NCBI GenBank assembly: GCA_903837075.1
Contig: CAILTI010000010.1
Span: 1 to 39,931 of the forward strand
Source: an uncultured bacterium
GTDB taxonomy: Bacteria; Patescibacteriota; Minisyncoccia; Phycocordibacterales; PALSA-1337
Length of the DNA stretch: 39,931 bases
Reading direction: 5' to 3'
The translations under genes and the position numbers were made by a program. The notes beneath the pieces are model-generated. The model searched no databases and was not told where the DNA came from. It saw only the letters and a program-made list of their open reading frames with translations. Below are positions 34,939-39,931 of this stretch, piece after piece; position 1 is the stretch's first letter; each line of letters starts with the position of its first letter.

Positions 34939-35044
34939 GGCTCATGAGCTCACAGGGGCTTATTTTATTCTAACAAGCGAGGATATTTGGTAGTTTACAG
35001 ACACAAAGTCCGAGTCAAAGCTAGAAATAACCCATTTCATTTTT

Positions 35045-35395
35045 ATGTCACGATCACTAAAGAAAGGTCCATATATCGAAGAGCGATTGCTAAGAAAGAT
35101 CGAGGGCAAAAAGCCTGCAACAGCTGGAACGATAAAGACATGGTCACGCCGATCACAGATTTCCCCAGAGATGGTTGGTTTCACTTTTGGCGTCCACAAC
35201 GGAAAGATACATGTGGACGTTTTCGTAACTGAGGACATGGTAGGACATCGCCTCGGTGAATTCTCACCTACACGCAAGTTCGTGCGCCATGGAGGTAAGA
35301 TGCAAAAGGAACTCGAAATGAAGGCCAAGGAAGCTGAGATGAATGCCGCCAAGTCCGCTAAGGAAGCTGCTACGACAGCCGTCGCAAAGAAGTAA
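35045..35395 (+). CDS. rpsS: 30S ribosomal protein S19 (with a ~25-aa C-terminal extension)
   Basis: [11 protein letters not shown]...TWSRRS...[21 protein letters not shown]. Confidence 0.95.
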   Translation: MSRSLKKGPYIEERLLRKIEGKKPATAGTIKTWSRRSQISPEMVGFTFGVHNGKIHVDVFVTEDMVGHRLGEFSPTRKFVRHGGKMQKELEMKAKEAEMNAAKSAKEAATTAVAKK

Positions 35396-35400
35396 TCTTT

Positions 35401-35440
35401 CAATCATTCAATCATTCAATCATTCAATCATTCAATTATC
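35401..35440 (+). repeat. Tandem 8-mer repeat (CAATCATT x4 plus one variant) in the rpsS-rplV spacer
   Basis: Direct reading: caatcatt caatcatt caatcatt caatcatt caattatc. Confidence 0.95.
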
Positions 35441-35447
35441 TATTCCC

Positions 35448-35840
35448 ATGATCACCGCCTCACTAAAAAATTACAGAATCTCTCCTCGCAAGGTCCGATT
35501 GGTCGCAAATATGATCCGCGGCAAGAGTGTTGTCCAGGCGGAAACTATCCTAGTCGGCGTAGTCAAGAAAGCTACGAGCCCTCTAGGTGACTTGCTCGCA
35601 TCAGCTGTCGCCAACGCTTCACATAACCACAAGATCGAGAAAGCGACCCTTTTTGTAAAGGAGATCCGTGTGGATCAGGGTTTCGTCTTGAAGCGCAGTC
35701 AGCCAATGGCGCGTGGATCAGCGTATCCGATAAAGAAGAGGACGAGTCACGTAACGATCATATTGGCACCGATAGAGGTGAAGGCAAAGAAGCAGGGAGT
35801 AAGAGGCAAGAAGACGGCAGTTAAGGCTGCAAAAAATTAA
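35448..35840 (+). CDS. rplV: 50S ribosomal protein L22
   Basis: The start is placed at ATG 35448 (MITASLKNYRISPRKVRLVANMIRGK). Confidence 0.93.
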   Translation: MITASLKNYRISPRKVRLVANMIRGKSVVQAETILVGVVKKATSPLGDLLASAVANASHNHKIEKATLFVKEIRVDQGFVLKRSQPMARGSAYPIKKRTSHVTIILAPIEVKAKKQGVRGKKTAVKAAKN

Positions 35841-35880
35841 TCATTCAATTTTCAATCTTTCAATCATTTAATCAACCACC

Positions 35881-36552
35881 ATGTCCCACACCGTTCATCC
35901 ATATTCACACAGACTAGGCATCATTCGCGATTGGAAGAGTCGCTGGTTTCTAGTAGACCGATCATATCGTACGGCTCTGAAAGGTGACCTCATCATTCGT
36001 GAGTTTTTGCAGAAGGAACTTCGCGCCAATTACATCGGCGGTCTCGACATCGAGCGCAGTCAGAAGGTTTTCCGAGTGATCATCAAGACATCACGTCCTG
36101 GAATGTTGATCGGCAAATCAGGTGATGGCGTTGTAAAGCTCCGCGAGAAGATCCTAAAGATCTTGCGCAAGAACAAGGTTGAGGTAAAGGGTCAGGAACT
36201 CAAGGTTGATATCGAAGAGGTTCGCAGTCCTGAGTCCAATGCTGCTATAGCTGCCATGATGGTCGCTGAGTCATTGGAGAAGCGTCTACCATTCCGACGT
36301 GTTATGAAGCAGACCATAGAGAAAGTCATGGCAAACAGGGAAGTAAAGGGTATTCGTGTTCGTCTCGGAGGTCGCCTAGGTGGCGCTGAGATCGCTCGCA
36401 CAGAAGAGCTGAAGAAAGGTCAGATCCCACTACAGACTCTACGTGCCGACATCGATTTTGCTCGTGAGAAGGCGCATATGACATACGGTGATATCGGTAT
36501 CAAAGTTTGGATATACAAGGGAGAGATATTTAAAAAAGATCAGACTAAATGA
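35881..36552 (+). CDS. rpsC: 30S ribosomal protein S3
   Basis: VHPYSHRLGI..DW.SRWF with a KH domain and C-terminal GRLGGAEIAR. Confidence 0.95.
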   Translation: MSHTVHPYSHRLGIIRDWKSRWFLVDRSYRTALKGDLIIREFLQKELRANYIGGLDIERSQKVFRVIIKTSRPGMLIGKSGDGVVKLREKILKILRKNKVEVKGQELKVDIEEVRSPESNAAIAAMMVAESLEKRLPFRRVMKQTIEKVMANREVKGIRVRLGGRLGGAEIARTEELKKGQIPLQTLRADIDFAREKAHMTYGDIGIKVWIYKGEIFKKDQTK

Positions 36553-36628
36553 CCAATATTCAATGAACAATATTCAATATAGTCACAAAGGTTGATCATT
36601 GGACATTGGAAATTGAAAATTAACTAAA

Positions 36629-37054
36629 ATGCTATTCCCTAAAAAAGTAAAACATCGCAAGTGGTTCACGATGCGCACACATCCAGACAAGGAGATGTCG
36701 CATGCTGATACACGTGGCGTCAAGATCGCTTTTGGTTCATATGGACTCAAAGCCATGAAGTATGCACGCATCACTTCGAACCAGATCGAGGCAGCCAGAA
36801 AAGTTATGGCTCGCTATGCTACGAAATCTGGTAAAGTATGGATCCGCATTTTCCCTGATCACCCATTCACACAGAAGCCGGCCGAAGTAAAAATGGGAAA
36901 AGGAAAAGGTGATCCAGTCGGATTCATCGCCGAGGTGAAACCTGGTCGTATCATGTTCGAGATCGACGGAGTTGATGCCGCGGTTGCTGCAGAAGCTCTC
37001 CGAAAGGCAGGAACGAAGTTGCCAGTAAAAACAAAGATCGTTGCCAGAATGTAA
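36629..37054 (+). CDS. rplP: 50S ribosomal protein L16
   Basis: MLFPKKVKHRK...GKGKGDP..FIAEVKPGRIMFE. Confidence 0.95.
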   Translation: MLFPKKVKHRKWFTMRTHPDKEMSHADTRGVKIAFGSYGLKAMKYARITSNQIEAARKVMARYATKSGKVWIRIFPDHPFTQKPAEVKMGKGKGDPVGFIAEVKPGRIMFEIDGVDAAVAAEALRKAGTKLPVKTKIVARM

Positions 37055-37126
37055 TCAAAAGATTGAAAATTGAAAGACTAAAAGATTAGAAACAAGCAAT
37101 TATTCAATCATTCAATAAATACAACC

Positions 37127-37321
37127 ATGAAAATGAAAGAAATAACAACTAAAACGACCTCAGACCTGTCTAGACTCATGGCTGAAAAAAAGGAGGCCCT
37201 ACGAGCGTTCCGTTTCGGTTCTGCTGGTGCCAAGACCAAGAATGTGAAGGAAGGCCGCGGACTGAGGAAGGATATAGCGAGGATAATGACGCAACTCGCA
37301 AGTGTAAAAGGGAAAAAGTAA
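37127..37321 (+). CDS. rpmC: 50S ribosomal protein L29
   Basis: 64 aa: ..DLSRLMAEKKEALRAFRF... Operon position supports the call. Confidence 0.85.
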   Translation: MKMKEITTKTTSDLSRLMAEKKEALRAFRFGSAGAKTKNVKEGRGLRKDIARIMTQLASVKGKK

Positions 37322-37398
37322 AAGTTAATATTTGCAACATTTTCCATTTTTCATTTCAGTAGACAAATCATTGAATATCAAGTAGTATCTAAAACCAC

Positions 37399-37656
37399 AT
37401 GACAACAACAGCAACAACCGAAAAAGTAGCAAAACGCCAGACATTCTCAGGTGTCGTTTCTTCTGACAAGATGAAGGATACATGTGCCGTGGTTGTGGAG
37501 AGATATGTCAAACACACGAAGTATCACAAGTTCATGACCAAGAGGACAAAGATATTGGCCCACGACCCAGGTAATACGAAGAAGATAGGGGATAAGGCAA
37601 CAGTAGAGGCCTGCAGACCGATCTCAAAGAGAAAGGCATTCAAGGTAATTGCATAG
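37399..37656 (+). CDS. rpsQ: 30S ribosomal protein S17
   Basis: FSGVVSSDKMKDTCAVVVERYVKH.KY.K. Confidence 0.92.
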   Translation: MTTTATTEKVAKRQTFSGVVSSDKMKDTCAVVVERYVKHTKYHKFMTKRTKILAHDPGNTKKIGDKATVEACRPISKRKAFKVIA

Positions 37657-37747
37657 TCATTAAAAGATTGAAAATTGAAAAATTGAAAGACAACATAGAA
37701 AGAAAATCCTTCAATTATTCAATCTTCAATCATTCAATATAAATTCC

Positions 37748-38119
37748 ATGATCCAACCACGTACAATAGTTAAAATAGCAGACAATTCCGGAGCAAAGAT
37801 CGGACGCATTTTCAAGGTGCTCGGTGCTACGCGCAAGCGTTATGCAGAGATCGGCGAGATCGTCGTTCTGTCCGTACAGAAAGCAGAGCCTAGAAAAGCT
37901 ATCAAGAAGAAGGACGTCTTGCACGCTGTTGTCGTTCGTCAGGTCAAGCCTACACGACGTAAGGATGGTTCATATGTACGTTTCGATGAGAATGCAGTTG
38001 TCATCATCGAGAAGGACAAGAAAGAGCCGATAGCTGGACGCATCTTTGGTCCTATCCCTCGTGAAGTCGCCGAGGCTGGATTCAAAACGATCGCCTCAAA
38101 GGCATCCGAGATCGTTTAG
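37748..38119 (+). CDS. rplN: 50S ribosomal protein L14
   Basis: MIQPRTIVKIADNSGAK... Confidence 0.96.
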   Translation: MIQPRTIVKIADNSGAKIGRIFKVLGATRKRYAEIGEIVVLSVQKAEPRKAIKKKDVLHAVVVRQVKPTRRKDGSYVRFDENAVVIIEKDKKEPIAGRIFGPIPREVAEAGFKTIASKASEIV

Positions 38120-38165
38120 AGCTTTATGGACATTAAGGACTTTATAGACTTTCAACTAAATTAAC

Positions 38166-38384
38166 ATGCATATCAAAAAAGGAGATACAATCAAGATGCT
38201 TTCAGGTGATGACAAGGGCAAGACCGGCAAGGTCGCCAAGGCTTTTCCTGCAACGAACAAGATCGTTGTCGAGGGGATCAACACTGTGAAGAAGCACGAG
38301 AGAGCTCGCAAGGAAGGGCAGAAGGGGCAGACAGTCGAGGTTGCTATGCCATTCAATGCGTCGAAAGCGATGAAGACTACATAA
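38166..38384 (+). CDS. rplX: 50S ribosomal protein L24 (short form, 72 aa)
   Basis: KOW motif IKKGDTIKMLSGDDKGKTGKV. Operon position supports the call. Confidence 0.88.
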   Translation: MHIKKGDTIKMLSGDDKGKTGKVAKAFPATNKIVVEGINTVKKHERARKEGQKGQTVEVAMPFNASKAMKTT

Positions 38385-38453
38385 ATAAAAAGGGTATAGG
38401 GTTTAGTAAATAAACACTAAACCCCAGCCCCTAGCCCCTAAACCCTAACTACC

Positions 38454-39017
38454 ATGTCATATAAATCCATATACGAACTAAATAAAGATTCATTCAAGGT
38501 ACTAAAGGAACCATTGAATTTGCAGAACCCGATGCAGACTCCACGACTAGTCAAGGTGGTCATTTCTAGTGGTTTCGGATCCGTGAAGGACAAGAAAAAG
38601 ATCGAAGTTATGGCAGATAGGTTGGCTCGTATCACTGGTCAGAAGCCAGCTGTCCGTGTCACCAAGAAGGCTATCGCAACATTCAAGACTCGTGTTGGTG
38701 ATCCGATCGGCTACCAGATCACTCTACGCGGCAAGCGCATGTGTGAGTTCCTCGATCGCCTAGTTCACATCTCACTTCCTCGTACCAAGGACTTCCGTGG
38801 ACTCTCTCGTACGTCTGTTGACGCTATGGGTAACTACACGATGGGTATAAAAGAACACACTATTTTTGCTGAGACATCTGACGAAGATCTCAAGGATGTT
38901 TTCGGATTTGCCATCACTATCGTCACTACTTCCAATGACAAGAAGGCCACCTTGGCTTTTCTAGAATATCTCGGTCTACCGCTCAAGAAAGAAGAAGCAA
39001 AAGGGGAGAAGAAATAG
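38454..39017 (+). CDS. rplE: 50S ribosomal protein L5
   Basis: ..NPMQTPRLVKVVIS.G.G....ITGQKP...KAIA.FK.R.G.PIG.. Confidence 0.94.
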   Translation: MSYKSIYELNKDSFKVLKEPLNLQNPMQTPRLVKVVISSGFGSVKDKKKIEVMADRLARITGQKPAVRVTKKAIATFKTRVGDPIGYQITLRGKRMCEFLDRLVHISLPRTKDFRGLSRTSVDAMGNYTMGIKEHTIFAETSDEDLKDVFGFAITIVTTSNDKKATLAFLEYLGLPLKKEEAKGEKK

Positions 39018-39115
39018 GTGATCATCAGTTAAACCGCCTACTCTAGGGTGGGTGGTGATTGATGATATTAAAATTTGGTATATAATGTACCGGATCAGTC
39101 TTTTAGTTGTACCCC

Positions 39116-39144
39116 TTGACAAGAATGGGGTAGTATGCTATACT
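39116..39144 (+). promoter_or_regulatory. Sigma-70-type promoter of a small membrane protein unit
   Basis: TTGACA (39116-21), 17-nt spacer, TATACT (39139-44). Confidence 0.6.
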
Positions 39145-39197
39145 GGTTAAGGTTCCTCATTCGGCGAGAAAAAAACAAAACAAAACAAAGTAATGTT

Positions 39198-39365
39198 ATG
39201 ACTCACCGAGTAAAACTGACGGAAAACGTCAAAACTGGGGTAATGATGATTGTAACCGCTATTATAGCGGTAATTATCATAGTAGCGTGGTTCAAGTTCT
39301 ACGTGGGTCCTAATGACCGCATGTTGCAAAGAACTTATGGTAACCACGTGTACCATCAGAATTGA
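39198..39365 (+). CDS. Small (55 aa) single-TM protein
   Basis: MTHRVKLTENVKTGVMMIVTAIIAVIIIVAWFKFY... It is bracketed by its own promoter and a strong terminator. Confidence 0.45.
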   Translation: MTHRVKLTENVKTGVMMIVTAIIAVIIIVAWFKFYVGPNDRMLQRTYGNHVYHQN

Positions 39366-39374
39366 AGTTTTCCA

Positions 39375-39410
39375 GGCACCAACATTTCAGATGTTGGTGC
39401 CGTTTCGTAT
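39375..39410 (+). terminator. Rho-independent terminator
   Basis: GGCACCAACAT / TTCAG / ATGTTGGTGCC, followed by a T-rich tail (GTTTCGTATTT). Confidence 0.75.
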
Positions 39411-39494
39411 TTCGATGTATTATCATATAGAATCTGTATGATTGAAACGAAGAGGAGTAAGGTATGTGAAGTGATCGAATGTTATTTGTAACGA

Positions 39495-39578
39495 GTCGGA
39501 GTGGTGAAATTGGCAAACACGCAGCGTTCAGAACGCTGTGAGCTCACGCTCTTGGGGGTTCAAGTCCCCCCTCCGGCA
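39495..39578 (+). tRNA. tRNA-Leu, anticodon CAG
   Basis: 84 nt: acceptor GTCGGAG/CTCCGGC (one G-U pair), anticodon arm CAGCG-TTCAGAA-CGCTG, long variable arm, T arm GGGGG-TTCAAGT-CCCCC. Confidence 0.88.
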
Positions 39579-39642
39579 CTGATATGTACCCCGTGCCCAC
39601 ATTCACATTGGAATTATTACTCACAAGGTATATGATATAGAC

Positions 39643-39924
39643 ATGGAAAATATACATAATCTAGGAGTTGATCCAGTGGAGGGTACACCAAAGATCGAGC
39701 CGAAGTCTTTCAAGAAGATAATTGAAATGCTCGATGATCCGAAGGTGGGCGAAGAAGTTTATGATGAATTGGAAAAGGCCGGTAACGTACCCGAAGATAT
39801 TAAAGTTGTTCCCGCGGAGTCGAAGCGCCTGAAAGAATTGCGCGAGAAGAAGACCGATCAACCGTTGAAACCTGTGAGCACTAGTCAATTCATGGATTCT
39901 TGGCAGAGGGAACAAGATCAATAG
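39643..39924 (+). CDS. Small acidic hypothetical protein
   Basis: A 93-aa ORF. TATGAT (39631-36) lies exactly 6 nt before the ATG. Confidence 0.4.
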   Translation: MENIHNLGVDPVEGTPKIEPKSFKKIIEMLDDPKVGEEVYDELEKAGNVPEDIKVVPAESKRLKELREKKTDQPLKPVSTSQFMDSWQREQDQ

Positions 39925-39931
39925 GGATTTC

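Noticed and set aside
35401-35440. Short tandem and interspersed repeats in the spacers as a possible CRISPR array.
   Set aside because: The period is 8 nt with no unique spacers. The repeats are word-level and sit between ribosomal protein genes. No cas genes are present.

Overview
The window looks like a streamlined, moderately AT-rich bacterial chromosome. Small membrane-protein arrays, extended ribosomal proteins, an rRNA gene with no linked 23S and SD-less genes suggest a CPR/Patescibacteria-type organism; this lineage call is inference only. In order, it contains: the 3' end of a 16S rRNA gene with a structured trailer and terminator and no ITS/23S; gyrA; a ~200-nt rod-like inverted repeat; a SAM methyltransferase; an ABC-type solute-binding protein; and five tandem TrbC/VirB2-like small membrane (pilin-like) genes. 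Next comes a GC-rich minus-strand block of four surface/membrane protein genes in three transcription units that reuse the same promoter-leader and 3'-end modules. After that: a large orphan gene; tRNA-Leu(UAG) with a duplicated 3' end; tRNA-Lys; rpmF; a NusB-Nudix fusion; rnc; and smc interrupted in its Walker A loop by a full-length LAGLIDADG intein. Then follow an S41-peptidase-like protein, clpB, tRNA-Tyr with decayed toxin-antitoxin and DinD-like remnants, alr, and a second GC-rich segment containing the only canonical SD in the window. The rest is a divergent stand-alone P-II protein, tuf, and the S10/spc ribosomal protein cluster (rpsJ to rplE). That cluster is interrupted between rplB and rpsS by an antisense orphan histidine kinase plus a membrane protein, and is broken after rplE by a small-protein unit and tRNA-Leu(CAG). 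My best candidates for something new are: (1) the modular surface-protein block at 7.5-11.8 kb next to the pilin-like array; (2) intergenic spacers built from a small vocabulary of short words and their reverse complements, with exact 14-mers at fixed distance from start codons; (3) a 16S 3' tail lacking CCUCC, together with SD-less and apparently leaderless (TATAAT-N6-ATG) genes; and (4) the SMC P-loop intein in an unusually short, apparently hinge-less SMC. All homology calls come from reading motifs in the supplied translations. No database search was run.
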